A DNA stretch of 63,952 nucleotides, filler included, from Candidatus Omnitrophota bacterium (GCA_023140385.1; 4 parts of 4 records of this genome joined end to end with filler, not necessarily neighbours in it); one strand, 5' to 3'; positions 1 to 10,854 are shown, counted from the first letter of the whole stretch. Program-made: numbers and translations. Notes: a model not told the origin generated them from the sequence alone.

Positions 1-364
1 AGAATCTGGGAAGGCCTTTTGTTTTGACAAACTTAAAAGGTGACATAAGCCTCTTTATTTCATCGAGAGGATTGCCGGATATTCTGTATTTTTTAGTCCT
101 ACCCTCTTTAATAACCTCTATGCTATTAGCCTTTGTTTTTATAATCATTGACGGGTTATAACCTAAAAAGGTATAGCGGCCGGTTTTTTCCTGTTCCTCT
201 ACCGACTCAAACAGGAAAGAGTAATCCGACTTGTCTATTTTAGAGTAGGCTGATACCGGAGTTTCATAATCCGCCAGAAACTCTTTGTAGACAGGTATTA
301 AATTACCTTTTTTCGCGAGCCGTTTAAACTCTTTTTTATTTGGAAAGTAATCTTTTTTATTCAT
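1..364 (-). CDS. trpE: Anthranilate synthase component I, N-terminal part (runs off window)
   Basis: Not in ORF track. Manual translation from ATG at 364: [68 protein letters not shown]...GLPRF, with TrpE motifs (D-x-E-T-P, F-L-x-E-S, GRY). Start overlaps the hisI stop. Confidence 0.9.
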   Translation of the reverse strand, partial: MNKKDYFPNKKEFKRLAKKGNLIPVYKEFLADYETPVSAYSKIDKSDYSFLFESVEEQEKTGRYTFLGYNPSMIIKTKANSIEVIKEGRTKKYRISGNPLDEIKRLMSPFKFVKTKGLPRF

Positions 365-740
365 ATACTTTATCAGGATTAAAAACCGGTTTTTCCACAA
401 TCTCCAGCTTTTCAAATTTATTCGTAATCTTGCGGAAAAAACATGTCCGGTAACCGACGTGACAGGCTCCGCCTGTCTGCTCCACCTTTATCAGGAGGGT
501 GTCCATATCGCAGTCTATAAGAATCTCTTTGATATTTTGTACGTGGCCGGATGACTCACCTTTTTTCCAGAGCTTATTTCTGGAGCGCGAATAGAAATGA
601 GTTTGCCCGGTTTCTACCGTTTTAAGGAGCGACTCTTTGTTCATATAAGCCAGCATTAAAACCTGATTGTTCCGGCAGTCCTGAACTATGGCCGGTATCA
701 GCCCCTGAGTGTTAAATTTTACTTTTTCAACTAAACTCAT
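357..740 (-). CDS. hisI: Phosphoribosyl-AMP cyclohydrolase (monofunctional, no HisE domain)
   Basis: [38 protein letters not shown] motifs. Confidence 0.95.
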   Translation of the reverse strand: MSLVEKVKFNTQGLIPAIVQDCRNNQVLMLAYMNKESLLKTVETGQTHFYSRSRNKLWKKGESSGHVQNIKEILIDCDMDTLLIKVEQTGGACHVGYRTCFFRKITNKFEKLEIVEKPVFNPDKVYE

Positions 741-1507
741 ATTCTCACCGTTACACCTTTCTTTTTAAGGTACATTTTAACGTCATTGATAGAATATTTG
801 TTGTAGTGGAAGATAGAAGCGCAGAGTGCCGCGTCCGCCTTAGCCTTATCGAAAACTTCAAATATATCTTCCGGACTGCCGGCGCCGCCGGAGGCGATGA
901 CCGGTATACCAACGGCTTCTGAAACCTGCCTGGTTAACTCCAGGTCATAGCCCTCATTTGTACCGTCACAGTCCATACTGGTAAGAAGTATTTCTCCCGC
1001 ACCCAGGGTTTCTACTTTTTTAACCCACTCTATAGCATCTAATCCGGTAGCGGTTCTCCCCCCGTGAATGTAGATCTCCCATTTTATGGTTTGCCGGTTT
1101 GAATAACGTCTTTTGGCGTCAACGGCTACCACTATACACTGACTGCCGAACTTTTGGCTGGCGGCCGTAATAAGTTCCGGATTTAAGACGGCCTGTGTAT
1201 TTAAAGATATCTTATCACATCCGGCATTTAGTAATAACCGGATATCATCTACATTTTTTATGCCGCCTCCGACTGTAAAAGGTATGAAGATACACTCAGC
1301 TACCCTTTTGACCACTTCAAGTAGTATAGCTCTTTTTTCGTGGCTGGCTGTAATATCAAGAAAGACTAATTCGTCCGCCCTTTCCTCTTCGTATTTGCGG
1401 GCCGCCTCAACCGGGTCGCCGGCATCCCTCAAATTAAGGAATTTAACGCCCTTGACAACTCTGGCCTCTTTCACATCTAAACAGGGTATAATTCTCTTGG
1501 CTAACAT
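737..1507 (-). CDS. hisF: Imidazole glycerol phosphate synthase cyclase subunit
   Basis: [43 protein letters not shown]. Confidence 0.97.
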   Translation of the reverse strand: MLAKRIIPCLDVKEARVVKGVKFLNLRDAGDPVEAARKYEEERADELVFLDITASHEKRAILLEVVKRVAECIFIPFTVGGGIKNVDDIRLLLNAGCDKISLNTQAVLNPELITAASQKFGSQCIVVAVDAKRRYSNRQTIKWEIYIHGGRTATGLDAIEWVKKVETLGAGEILLTSMDCDGTNEGYDLELTRQVSEAVGIPVIASGGAGSPEDIFEVFDKAKADAALCASIFHYNKYSINDVKMYLKKKGVTVRI

Positions 1508-1510
1508 AAG

Positions 1511-2227
1511 TTATATTTTAAGCGCCTCCTCAAGAGTTATCCTTTTATCATAAAGCGCTTTGCCTATTATAGCTCCTTCTAAGCCCAGAGGCTCTAACTT
1601 TTTCAACTCTTTTAAATCATCGAGAGTCGTAACGCCGCCGGAGGCTATTACCTTTAAGTCAGTATTCATTAAAAAGTTCCTTATATCCTGAAGCTTTACT
1701 CCACTTAGGGTTCCGTCACTATCAATATCAGTGTAAATGACTGTATTTATGCCTAATTTTTTAACTTTATCCGCCACTTCCAGGGCATTGAGGTGAGAGC
1801 TTTTTATCCAGCCGCGTGTCATCATTTTGCCTTTTTTTACGTCTAAGCCTACGGCTATCCGCTCTCCGAACTTGTCGGCTGCTGTTTTAAGCAAGGCTTC
1901 ATTTTCACAGGCGGCTGTTGAGAGAATTACCCGGGCAACACCCAGATTAATCATTGTTTCAATGTCAGTTAAGGTTCTTATGCCGCCGCCGACCTCAATG
2001 GGTATCCCCACTGATGCCGCAATCTCTCTGATGCCCGCTATATTCTTTGGACTGCCGGTTAACGCTCCGTCTAAATCAACAATGTGCAGCATTTTGGCTC
2101 CCGCCTCCTGCCATATAGCGGCTGTCTCGGCTGGACTATCGGAGTAAACGGTTTCTTTATCAAAATCACCTTTAAGTAACCTGACGACTTTTTTATCTCT
2201 TATGTCTATTGCCGGTATTATTATCAT
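1511..2227 (-). CDS. hisA: ProFAR isomerase
   Basis: IIPAIDI, LHIVDLDGA, VGGGIR, YTDIDSDGTLSG, IIGKALY. Confidence 0.96.
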   Translation of the reverse strand: MIIIPAIDIRDKKVVRLLKGDFDKETVYSDSPAETAAIWQEAGAKMLHIVDLDGALTGSPKNIAGIREIAASVGIPIEVGGGIRTLTDIETMINLGVARVILSTAACENEALLKTAADKFGERIAVGLDVKKGKMMTRGWIKSSHLNALEVADKVKKLGINTVIYTDIDSDGTLSGVKLQDIRNFLMNTDLKVIASGGVTTLDDLKELKKLEPLGLEGAIIGKALYDKRITLEEALKI

Positions 2228-2231
2228 AACT

Positions 2232-2855
2232 TTATAACCTACAAAAATTTTCCAGTATTTTTAAACCGACAGATTGGCTCTTCTCCGGATGAAATTGTGT
2301 GGCATATATATTATCTTTATTTAGCGATGAACAAAAGTCTACTCCGTATGAGGTTGAGGTTGTAGTTATTTCAGGTTCATTCGGCACCGCGTAATAAGAG
2401 TGAACAAAGTATACAAAGCTTTCATCTTCAACATCTCTGAAAAGAGGCGGATTTTTTTCACGTCCGCTGAATTTAATTTGATTCCAGCCGATATGAGGAA
2501 CCTTTAGCTTCTCTTGCCCGGCCACTGACGAAAATCGCCGCACCCCGCCTTTTAATACCCCAAGGCCGGCTGTACCCGGCGCCTCTTCGCTTGTTTCAAA
2601 TAACAGCTGCAGGCCCATGCAAATACCTAAAAAAGGCCTTTTGCTTTTAATAAATTCTTTTATAGGATTTACCAACCTTCTTTCTTCAAGGCCGTTCATG
2701 CAGTCTAAAAAAGCGCCTACGCCGGGAAAAACAAGTTTACTGGAAGATTCTATGTCAGCGCCGTCAGAGGTAACTCTTACTTCAGCCCCCAATTTTTCCA
2801 GAGCCTTGGAGACGCTTCGTAAATTTCCCATACCGTAGTCTATTACAGCGATCAT
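2232..2855 (-). CDS. hisH: Imidazole glycerol phosphate synthase glutaminase subunit
   Basis: IDYGMGNL, PGVGAF, GICMGLQ, YFVHSY, QFHPEKS. Confidence 0.97.
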   Translation of the reverse strand: MIAVIDYGMGNLRSVSKALEKLGAEVRVTSDGADIESSSKLVFPGVGAFLDCMNGLEERRLVNPIKEFIKSKRPFLGICMGLQLLFETSEEAPGTAGLGVLKGGVRRFSSVAGQEKLKVPHIGWNQIKFSGREKNPPLFRDVEDESFVYFVHSYYAVPNEPEITTTSTSYGVDFCSSLNKDNIYATQFHPEKSQSVGLKILENFCRL

Positions 2856-3457
2856 AAATCAATGATTCCTTTGGTTGATGAAATACCCTCGCGGCGCGGG
2901 TCAATGGCGCAAGCCATTTTTAAAGCCAGCCCCAGGGCTTTGAAGGCGGCCTCTAAGACGTGATGAACGTCAGCACTGCCTTTTATAATTGTAATATCCA
3001 TATTGATGCCGCACTGCTTACTTAGTGATTCAAGAAAGTGATCTCCGTCGTCCAGGCTGTACTTGCCCTCCTCTTTTTGTATAAGTGTTCCTCCTTTATC
3101 GCTTCTTTCGTATCCGGTTCTTCCGCAGATATCAATAACAACCCTTACCAGGCACTCATCCATGGGCGCGAAGGCATAACCAAATCTGTTAATTCCCTTA
3201 CCTTCTCCCAGGCATTCTTTGAGCGCTTTGCCAAAGGTGATACCTATATCCTCATTGGTATGATGAATATCAATTCCCAGGTCGCCTTTGGCCTTAACTT
3301 CTAAATCAAATAAAGAAAAAAAGGCCAATAGTTCCAGCATATGGTCAAGGAAATCAATACCTGTCTTAATTGAACTTTTACCGGTACCGTCAATATTGAG
3401 ATTTACCTCAACCTCTGTTTCGTTTGTTTTCCTTTTTTGAAGGGACTTTCTATCCAT
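2852..3457 (-). CDS. hisB: Imidazoleglycerol-phosphate dehydratase
   Basis: FLDHML, HHTNED, PMDE, HHVLEAAFKA, STKG. Confidence 0.95.
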   Translation of the reverse strand: MDRKSLQKRKTNETEVEVNLNIDGTGKSSIKTGIDFLDHMLELLAFFSLFDLEVKAKGDLGIDIHHTNEDIGITFGKALKECLGEGKGINRFGYAFAPMDECLVRVVIDICGRTGYERSDKGGTLIQKEEGKYSLDDGDHFLESLSKQCGINMDITIIKGSADVHHVLEAAFKALGLALKMACAIDPRREGISSTKGIIDL

Positions 3458-3520
3458 AATTATATTCTCCTGCCTAAATGGCTCGTACCACCAAAATTAT
3501 TTACCCATTATACGCTTAAA

Positions 3521-3677
3521 AAACTCTAATCAAACTCTAAATCCTAATATCTAAATCCTAAATAATTTCAAAATTCTAATGCTCAAATGTTATAAACCTT
3601 AAAGTGTTTTTGTTTTGGTCATTTGTATTTTGGACATTTGGATTTGTTTAGTATTTAGTGCTTAGTATTTAGGATTT
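3521..3677. repeat. Imperfect long inverted repeat built of heptamer units (ATCCTAA-like / TTAGTAT-like) between hisD and hisB
   Basis: Left arm aaactctaa-atcctaa-tatctaa-atcctaa-ataatttcaaa... aligns with the reverse complement of right arm ...tttggatttgt-ttagtat-ttagtgc-ttagtat-ttaggattt. Confidence 0.75.
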
Positions 3678-3755
3678 TTACAATGAATATAACTCCTTTA
3701 AAAGCACTTGTTTCCCTGATAATTTATCATACAACTTTTTGACATTATTAAATGT

Positions 3756-4976
3756 CTATTTACACCTTATCCGCACGGACTCAAGATGTTTTACTAATCC
3801 TTCTACCTTGGCGATTTGTTCAAGGGGTTCTCTTACTTTTTCAAGTGCCCGCTTGGAATAAGAAATAATATGAGTGCTCCTCATAAAGTCATCTATACTG
3901 AGCCCTGAGAAGAAACGGGCTGTGCCGCCCGTCGGCAAAACGTGCGATGGGCCCGCTATGTAGTCACCGACCGCTGTCGGCGTATAGTTGCCGACAAAAA
4001 TCGCGCCGGCGTTTTTTATGCGCCTTAAAAGCTTATAGGGGCTTTTTACCATTAGCTCGAGGTGTTCAGGTGCGATTTTATTGGCTATATCAGCCGCCTG
4101 GTTTAAATTATCTACTTTAATTATATAACCGCCCTCAACTTCCTTTTTCAGCTTTTTCACAAGGCTTTTAGAGGTAGTTATCAGAATTGAAATACCCATA
4201 GTATGTTCAGACTGCGCCAGCAGATCAGCCTTGACAAAGTCGGGGTTGGCGGAGTTGTTGGCGATAATTACAACCTCGCTGGGGCCGGCCGTCATCTCTA
4301 TATCAACATCTCCAAAGACCTGGCGTTTTGCCTCGGTTACATAAATATTGCCCGGGCCTACGATTTTGTCCACCTTGGGGATTGTTTTTGTGCCGAAGGC
4401 TAAGGCCGCGATGGCCTGCGCGCCGCCGACCTTAAAAATCTTCTCTACTTTTAAAAGTTTGGCCAAAGCGAGAATATAAGAGTCTACGCTTTTATAAGCA
4501 TTGGGCGGCGTAGCCAGTACGATATTTTTTACGCCCGCGAGTTTTGCCAGAGGCACTGTCATATATACGGTAGAAACCAACGGCGCTGTTGAAGCCGGGA
4601 TGTATATACCCACGCTCTCCAGGGGATGATAGACCTGCTGGAGTTTTACGCCGTCTTCATCTTTTATCTTCCAGGACTTTTTAACCTGTTTTTTATAAAA
4701 GCGCGTAACGTTTTCCACAGCGGTTTTCAGGTACTGAATAAATTTTGGATCAATGTTCTGATAAGCGCCGTTTACTTCGCTTTCAGTTACCTTGAGCTGT
4801 TTGGGCGCCAGGTTGACTTTATCAAATTTACGGGTATATTTAATAACGGCCTCATCACCGTTCTGGCGGACGTCTTCAATGATTCCGCGCACCTTTTCCT
4901 CAACTGATTTTCTTTTAGAAAAATACCGCCCGTAAATTTTATCAAGCTTTCTCTTAGAAAACTTAACGACTTCCAT
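3756..4976 (-). CDS. hisD: Histidinol dehydrogenase
   Basis: GGAQAIAALAFGT, KIVGPGNIYV, AGPSEV, DLLAQSEH, APEHLEL, GDYIAGPSHVLPTGG. Confidence 0.96.
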   Translation of the reverse strand: MEVVKFSKRKLDKIYGRYFSKRKSVEEKVRGIIEDVRQNGDEAVIKYTRKFDKVNLAPKQLKVTESEVNGAYQNIDPKFIQYLKTAVENVTRFYKKQVKKSWKIKDEDGVKLQQVYHPLESVGIYIPASTAPLVSTVYMTVPLAKLAGVKNIVLATPPNAYKSVDSYILALAKLLKVEKIFKVGGAQAIAALAFGTKTIPKVDKIVGPGNIYVTEAKRQVFGDVDIEMTAGPSEVVIIANNSANPDFVKADLLAQSEHTMGISILITTSKSLVKKLKKEVEGGYIIKVDNLNQAADIANKIAPEHLELMVKSPYKLLRRIKNAGAIFVGNYTPTAVGDYIAGPSHVLPTGGTARFFSGLSIDDFMRSTHIISYSKRALEKVREPLEQIAKVEGLVKHLESVRIRCK

Positions 4977-5001
4977 ATGTCAATAGTCCCCTTTCCCGTT
5001 T

Positions 5002-7671
5002 TTAATTAATTTTCTTTAGGGCTTCTAACAGCACTTTATAAGATTTATCGAGAGCTGACTTCAATTTTGCCGGATTTCCGCCTCCGGCCTGCGCCAGGCT
5101 GGCCCGGCCGCCTCCTCTTGATTCCAGTTCCGGGTTTATCTGCCCAATGATATCGTTGGCGTTTAATTTTTTCTTAACCAGGTCATCAGATAGAGAAACG
5201 ATTAAAAGAGCTTGATTTTCAACTATAGAGCCAAGTACTATGGCCGCTGATTTTACCTTTTGCCTTATCATATCACAGGCAATCCGCAGGGCGTTCATAT
5301 CAGCGTTGTCAATTTGCGCGTTAATAAGCAGACTTTTGCCCTCGGTTTTTGCCTCTTTTATTATTGAGTCAATGCGCTTTTTTGACTGTGTTAACTTTGA
5401 CTTGTTTAGCCGGCTTTTAAGATCTTTATTTTCCTTTATAAGCTGGGCTATGCTTTGAGGCAGATGAGTGGAATTCGTTTTTAAAAGTTCCGCCGCCTCT
5501 TTAATTATCTCCTCCTGTTCGCGGACAGCATCTAAAGCGGATTCACCGGTTAGGGCTTCGATTCTTCTGATGCCGCTGGCAATCGAGCTTTCTGATGTTA
5601 TTTTAAAGAGTCCTATTTGACCGGTTGAAGTTACATGTGTTCCGCCGCAGAGTTCACGGCTGTATTTGTCAATTGAAATAACCCTGACAGTACCGGAATA
5701 CTTTTCTTTGAAAAAGGCTAATGCTTGCTTTTTTTGAGCCTTATCAAAAGACATCAGTTCAACCTTGACCTTAGAGCTTGCCCGGATATACCCATTTACT
5801 TCATTTTCAATATTTTTTATTGTTTCAGAGCTGAGCTGTTTAAAGTGCGTGAAGTCAAATCTCAGGTGTTTATTATCAACGTATGAACCTGACTGCGCTA
5901 CATGTTCGCCTAATATTTTTCTTAGGGCCGCCTGTAGAAGATGAGTAGCTGTATGATTTTCAGCGATGGCCGAACGCCTTTTTTCATTAATAGACAGCTC
6001 AACCTTATCCCCTACCTTAACTTGCCCTGATTTTACTCTTAAGCAATGAAGAAATATTGAATTTACGGCTTTAACATCTTCGATTACGGCTTCAAAGTTA
6101 GAGCTTTTTATAACTCCCATATCTGCCGCTTGTCCTCCCGCTTCAGCGTAAAAGGGGCTTTCTTTTAGAATAATCTGGAGTTGGGAACCGTCTTTTGTAC
6201 TATTTACAGGCCTGCCGGCGGCAAGTATAGCAATAACCGTGGAGGTACCTTGAGACTGTTCATAGCCGGTAAACTTAGTTGGTTTACCTGTAATAATGTA
6301 CTCAAATCCTTCGAAGATGCAGGATTTGATAGAAGAGCCCTTTCGAGCGCGTTTTTTTTGTAAATCCATTTCAATTTTAAAAGCTGCCTCTAATTGTTCT
6401 TCTCTGAATCGCTTACCTAATTTATCCATAGCCATTTTTTTAGTAATTTCTTTTGGTATACCGAATGTATCATAAAATTCGAAAGCTATTTGCCCCGCAT
6501 CTACGGAATCTTTACATCTTTTATTTAACTCATTTTCTCTTAGAGGCAGTGTTTTCATTAAGTCATCATATTTCTTTTCCTCTTCCAGGATAATCAGGGC
6601 GATATTTTCGCGCCTTTTTTCCAACTGGGGATAGGCTGTTTTCATTACATTCGCGATTACCGGAACCGCCTGATGCAGACAGTTATCAGTAGAGCCTAAA
6701 GTGGACAAAAGATATTTAGCGCGCCTAATCAGTTTTCTTATTACATATCCGCGGCTTTCATTTGACGGAATAACACCATCCCCAATAACAAAGACCGCCG
6801 CCCGGATATGGTCGGCTATTGTATTAATTTTGCAAACTACCTCACTGTCACCACTCTTTTTTAAACCGGTGGATTTTATGATAAAATCTATTAACGGTTT
6901 AAATATATCTATTTCAAAGTTGGAGTTAACCCCCTGCATAACCTGAGCCATACGTTCTAAGCCCATACCGGTGTCAATGTTTTTATTGGCTAATAATTTC
7001 ATTTTGCCTCTTTTGCCAAGCTCTCCCCCTCTTTGATATTGAGTAAAGACAAGGTTCCATACTTCTACAAAACGGATACACGAACACCCCGGACGGCAGT
7101 TTTTTTCACGGCAGCCCTTATCCCGGCCGCGGTCAAAAAATATTTCTGAGCAAGGGCCGCAGGGTCCGTTGGGCCCTTTCATGATGGCCTCTGATGGCCA
7201 GTAGTTTTCTTTGTCACCGTGCCGAATAATTTTGTGTTCAGGCAGTTTTATTTCTTCTTTCCAGATTTTATAGGCTTCATCGTCATCCTGATAAACGGAG
7301 ACCCATAAGAAGGCGGGGTCTATTTTCATAACATCTGTCAGGAACTCCCATGCCCAGGCTATGGACTCTTTTTTAAAGTAATTTCCGAAAGAAAAATTTC
7401 CCAGCATTTCAAAGAACGTATGATGATAAGGGGTTTTACCTACCTCAGCCATATCGCCGGTTCTCAGGCATTTCTGGCAGGTGGTAACCCTGGGATATTT
7501 AATATTTTTCCCCATAAACTGAGTCTTAAACTGATTCATTCCCGCGGACGTAAAAAGCAGGGTTGGATCATTCTCGGGCACCAACGAGTCGCTGGGCAAA
7601 ACCTTATGATTTTTACCCTTAAAGAACTCCAGATACAGCCTTCGTATGTCGTCAGTTGATTTGTGTTTCAT
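5002..7671 (-). CDS. alaS: Alanine--tRNA ligase
   Basis: DPTLLFTSAGM, HHTFFEMLGNFSFG, IDTGMGLER, HTATHLL, ELCGGTHV, GIRRIEA. ATG at 7671 preferred over the 7680 start. Confidence 0.98.
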   Translation of the reverse strand: MKHKSTDDIRRLYLEFFKGKNHKVLPSDSLVPENDPTLLFTSAGMNQFKTQFMGKNIKYPRVTTCQKCLRTGDMAEVGKTPYHHTFFEMLGNFSFGNYFKKESIAWAWEFLTDVMKIDPAFLWVSVYQDDDEAYKIWKEEIKLPEHKIIRHGDKENYWPSEAIMKGPNGPCGPCSEIFFDRGRDKGCREKNCRPGCSCIRFVEVWNLVFTQYQRGGELGKRGKMKLLANKNIDTGMGLERMAQVMQGVNSNFEIDIFKPLIDFIIKSTGLKKSGDSEVVCKINTIADHIRAAVFVIGDGVIPSNESRGYVIRKLIRRAKYLLSTLGSTDNCLHQAVPVIANVMKTAYPQLEKRRENIALIILEEEKKYDDLMKTLPLRENELNKRCKDSVDAGQIAFEFYDTFGIPKEITKKMAMDKLGKRFREEQLEAAFKIEMDLQKKRARKGSSIKSCIFEGFEYIITGKPTKFTGYEQSQGTSTVIAILAAGRPVNSTKDGSQLQIILKESPFYAEAGGQAADMGVIKSSNFEAVIEDVKAVNSIFLHCLRVKSGQVKVGDKVELSINEKRRSAIAENHTATHLLQAALRKILGEHVAQSGSYVDNKHLRFDFTHFKQLSSETIKNIENEVNGYIRASSKVKVELMSFDKAQKKQALAFFKEKYSGTVRVISIDKYSRELCGGTHVTSTGQIGLFKITSESSIASGIRRIEALTGESALDAVREQEEIIKEAAELLKTNSTHLPQSIAQLIKENKDLKSRLNKSKLTQSKKRIDSIIKEAKTEGKSLLINAQIDNADMNALRIACDMIRQKVKSAAIVLGSIVENQALLIVSLSDDLVKKKLNANDIIGQINPELESRGGGRASLAQAGGGNPAKLKSALDKSYKVLLEALKKIN

Positions 7672-8140
7672 AACCGTCAAACTTTTTGTTTAATATGTTA
7701 TCTATCAAAGCTGAGTCAAAGCCCCGCCTTTTTAAAAAGCCCGCAACCCGCCTTTTGGCGCTTTCAGGGCCGACATTCCCCCCTAACCGTTTTATACAGG
7801 TATCGGCCAAGCCGGAGGCTACGTCATTAAAATTAAAACGCCTCTTAGTTTCTTCAAGAACACTTTCAATAATATTTTCATTAAGGCCTTTTTGCTTTAG
7901 TTCCCGCGCTAAAATAGCCGGCGCTTTGGGATTAAAACTCATCCTGTCCTCAACCCAGGCTTTGGCAAACTGTAAGTCGTTAAGGTGGCCTGAACCGCGA
8001 AGTGAGTTTATTACCTTCATTATTACCTCTGGCGGCTGTTTGCGGGCATCTAATCTATCTTTGACCTCAAAGATACTTCTTGGCCGTATCTTAAGCAGCT
8101 TAAGAGAGTAAGCAAGGGCCTCCGCATAGTCATTAGTCAT
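7652..8140 (-). CDS. recX: Regulatory protein RecX
   Basis: LLKIRPRS..EVKDRL, G.LND.QFA..WV, ELKQKG, FLKRRGF. Lies downstream of recA and upstream of alaS. Confidence 0.9.
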   Translation of the reverse strand: MTNDYAEALAYSLKLLKIRPRSIFEVKDRLDARKQPPEVIMKVINSLRGSGHLNDLQFAKAWVEDRMSFNPKAPAILARELKQKGLNENIIESVLEETKRRFNFNDVASGLADTCIKRLGGNVGPESAKRRVAGFLKRRGFDSALIDNILNKKFDGYETQIN

Positions 8141-9653
8141 TGCTTTTTAAGGTAATATATCCGCGGTTTGTCCTGATAAACGCGGTTTCTCCCCTTTTTA
8201 TGCTCTTTGTTACTTTGTTAAAGTCGTCTACCGAATTTACAGACTGTTTATTAATGGAATAAATAGCATCACCGGTTTTTATGCCGGCCCAGTAGCCGCC
8301 GCTTCCCTTCTCAACCTTAACAACAATCACACCCTTACCCTCTAAGTAACCGAATTTTTTGGCTGTTTCGGTGTCTATACCAGCTGTCTCAATACCTTTC
8401 CAGTTATTGCTGAATTTGTCTATCGGTTCTCCGGGTCCGGCAATTTTATCAGGGCGCTTGCTCGTCTTTACAGTTAAAGTTATTTCTTTGCCTTCTCTTA
8501 ATACCTTGACTAAAATATTCTCTCCCACATTCGTATGGGATACTAAGTTAATCAGTTTTTTATAATTATCGATTTTTTTGCCGTTATACTCAACGATAAT
8601 GTCATCTTCTTTAATACCGGCCTTTTCCGCGGGGCTGTCCGGAAGTATCTTGATTACGATAGCGCCCTTTTTGCTTTTTAGATTAAAATACTCTGTTAGG
8701 TCATGGGTTACATCCTGCACGGTGACGCCCAGCCAGCTGTATTCAATATCTTCTCCTTTTATAAGTTTGTTCAGGATAAATTTAGCTGTGTTTATGGGTA
8801 TAGCAAAACCTAAACCCTGATATCCGCCGCTGGACGAGAAGATAGCCACGTTTATACCGATGACTTCACCCTTGAGGTTTACCAGAGGGCCGCCGCTGTT
8901 TCCCGGGTTTATCGCGGCATCCGTCTGGATTAAGTCAATATAAAGCCTGTTTCCCGCCGGGTCATGAGGCAGCTGGCGGTGCAGGGCGCTGATAACTCCT
9001 GTGGTAACGGTTGGCTCGGAACTCTTTAGATAAAAACCAAAAGGGTTACCGATGGCAACGGCCCATTGGCCGGTTTTAACCTCATCCGAGTCTCCTAATC
9101 TGGCTATCGGCAGGTTCTTGGCGTTTATTTTTATAACTGCCAGGTCGCTTCTGGGGTCAGTTCCCATAATCTCCGCTTTAAATTCTCTGTTATCAGGGAG
9201 AGTTACGGTTACTTCGTCAGCATTACCGATAACGTGTTCATTAGTCAGTATATAGCCTCTTTTATCGATAATGACGCCTGAGCCAAGGCCGCTTTGCTTG
9301 TACTCCCTTTCAGGCATACTTCCGAAGTAATCGCCGAAAAATTTATTAAAAAAATCATTGCCGCCAAAAGGACTCTGGGAAAAGTTCCTTTGCCGGCCGA
9401 CTTTTTTGGTCTGGACTGTGGTAATACTTACTACAGCCGGCCCGACCTCTTCCGCGATTTTTACAAAGGAGTTCTCAATGGTTTCAAAGCCAGCTGTTGC
9501 ATAATCACTGCTGGTTTTTATTTCCTTCGTCTCGGCCGTAATTTCAGGATTAATCTTTAGATTCGCGCTCAATAAAATACCGGAAATAACCCCGATAAAA
9601 ATATATACAAAAACGAAAAGAAAACCTTTTCCGCCTTTCAACTTACTATTCAT
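8133..9653 (-). CDS. degP: DegP/HtrA periplasmic serine protease with two PDZ domains
   Basis: GSGVI, LTNEHV, DLAVIKI, IQTDAAINPGNSGGPL, N-terminal signal/anchor, two PDZ repeats. Confidence 0.93.
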   Translation of the reverse strand: MNSKLKGGKGFLFVFVYIFIGVISGILLSANLKINPEITAETKEIKTSSDYATAGFETIENSFVKIAEEVGPAVVSITTVQTKKVGRQRNFSQSPFGGNDFFNKFFGDYFGSMPEREYKQSGLGSGVIIDKRGYILTNEHVIGNADEVTVTLPDNREFKAEIMGTDPRSDLAVIKINAKNLPIARLGDSDEVKTGQWAVAIGNPFGFYLKSSEPTVTTGVISALHRQLPHDPAGNRLYIDLIQTDAAINPGNSGGPLVNLKGEVIGINVAIFSSSGGYQGLGFAIPINTAKFILNKLIKGEDIEYSWLGVTVQDVTHDLTEYFNLKSKKGAIVIKILPDSPAEKAGIKEDDIIVEYNGKKIDNYKKLINLVSHTNVGENILVKVLREGKEITLTVKTSKRPDKIAGPGEPIDKFSNNWKGIETAGIDTETAKKFGYLEGKGVIVVKVEKGSGGYWAGIKTGDAIYSINKQSVNSVDDFNKVTKSIKRGETAFIRTNRGYITLKSND

Positions 9654-9669
9654 TTTTCTTCCTATCTTG

Positions 9670-10698
9670 TTATGAACTCTGATTTTTTAAAGCCTCTTTA
9701 ACCTTTTTCTCGATTTGAGCAAGAGTTTTAGGATTTTCTTTTAAGAATTGTTTTGCTTTTTCTCTTCCCTGGCTTATTTTCTCTCCTTCATAAATATACC
9801 AGGCGCCGCTTTTTTTGATTATTTCCGCCTTTTCGGCCTCGTCGATTATACTGCCTATTTGTGAGATGCCTTCGTTAAACATAATGTCAAATTCAGCTTT
9901 TCTAAAAGGAGGCGCTACCTTATTTTTTACGATTTTAGCCCTGACACGGTTGCCAATGAAGGTTTCTCCCTTTTTAATGGAGCCGATACGCCTGAGGTCT
10001 ATTCTGACCGAAGAGTAAAATTTTAATGCTCTGCCCCCGGGGGTTGTTTCGGGGCTACCGAACATTACCCCGATTTTTTCTCTTATTTGGTTAATAAAAG
10101 CAACGGCTGTTTTTGATTTTGAGATGCAGGCGGTAAGTTTTCTTAAGGCCTGCGACATTAACCTGGCCTGTAGGCCGATGCGGGCATCGCCCATTTGCCC
10201 TTCGATTTCCGCTCTAGGGGTTAAGGCGGCTACTGAGTCAATGACGACTAAATCAACGGCATTACTGCGAACCAGGGTTTCTGTAATTTCAAGGGCCTGC
10301 TCACCGGTGTCAGGCTGGGAGATGAGCAGGTCATCCAGATTAACGCCAATCATCTTGGCGTATCCCGGATCAAAGGCATGCTCAGCGTCGATAAAAGCGG
10401 CCGTCCCGCCCTGTTTTTGAACCTGGGATATAATACTTAAAGTAAGAGTTGTTTTTCCGCTTGACTCAGGCCCGAATATCTCAACAACTCTGCCTCTGGG
10501 GATGCCTCCCACGCCTAAAGCAATATCTAATGAAAGGGCGCCGGTAGGGATGGAAGCGACGTCAGTCGGTGTTTGCTGTCCCATTTTCATAATAGAACCC
10601 TTGCCAAACTGTTTCTCAATCGCGGAAAGGGCTAACTCTAACGCCTTTTCCTTTTCAGTTTTAGGTGCAGCCTCTTTTTTGATCTTCGCGGTCGCCAT
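9670..10698 (-). CDS. recA: Recombinase RecA
   Basis: [49 protein letters not shown]. Confidence 0.99.
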   Translation of the reverse strand: MATAKIKKEAAPKTEKEKALELALSAIEKQFGKGSIMKMGQQTPTDVASIPTGALSLDIALGVGGIPRGRVVEIFGPESSGKTTLTLSIISQVQKQGGTAAFIDAEHAFDPGYAKMIGVNLDDLLISQPDTGEQALEITETLVRSNAVDLVVIDSVAALTPRAEIEGQMGDARIGLQARLMSQALRKLTACISKSKTAVAFINQIREKIGVMFGSPETTPGGRALKFYSSVRIDLRRIGSIKKGETFIGNRVRAKIVKNKVAPPFRKAEFDIMFNEGISQIGSIIDEAEKAEIIKKSGAWYIYEGEKISQGREKAKQFLKENPKTLAQIEKKVKEALKNQSS

Positions 10699-10779
10699 GC
10701 CATACTCTCCTTTATTTAATGTGATTATAATTTATTTTAGTTGATAAACTGCTACAATACCCTATAGTTACAGAAAGTC

Positions 10780-10808
10780 ATTATACATTCTATCCCCCGT
10801 TTTGTAAA
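10780..10808 (-). promoter_or_regulatory. Sigma70-type promoter of recA
   Basis: Minus strand TTTACA-17 nt-TATAAT. Confidence 0.65.
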
Positions 10809-10839
10809 GCAAAAATTAGCCGGTTAACCGGCCGTCCTT

Positions 10840-10854
10840 CTTTAAACTTGACCA
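10840..10854. repeat. Left inverted repeat flanking cinA-thpR
   Basis: CTTTAAACTTGACCA matches the reverse complement of 11993-12007 (TGGTCAAGTTCAAAG) at 14/15. Confidence 0.6.
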
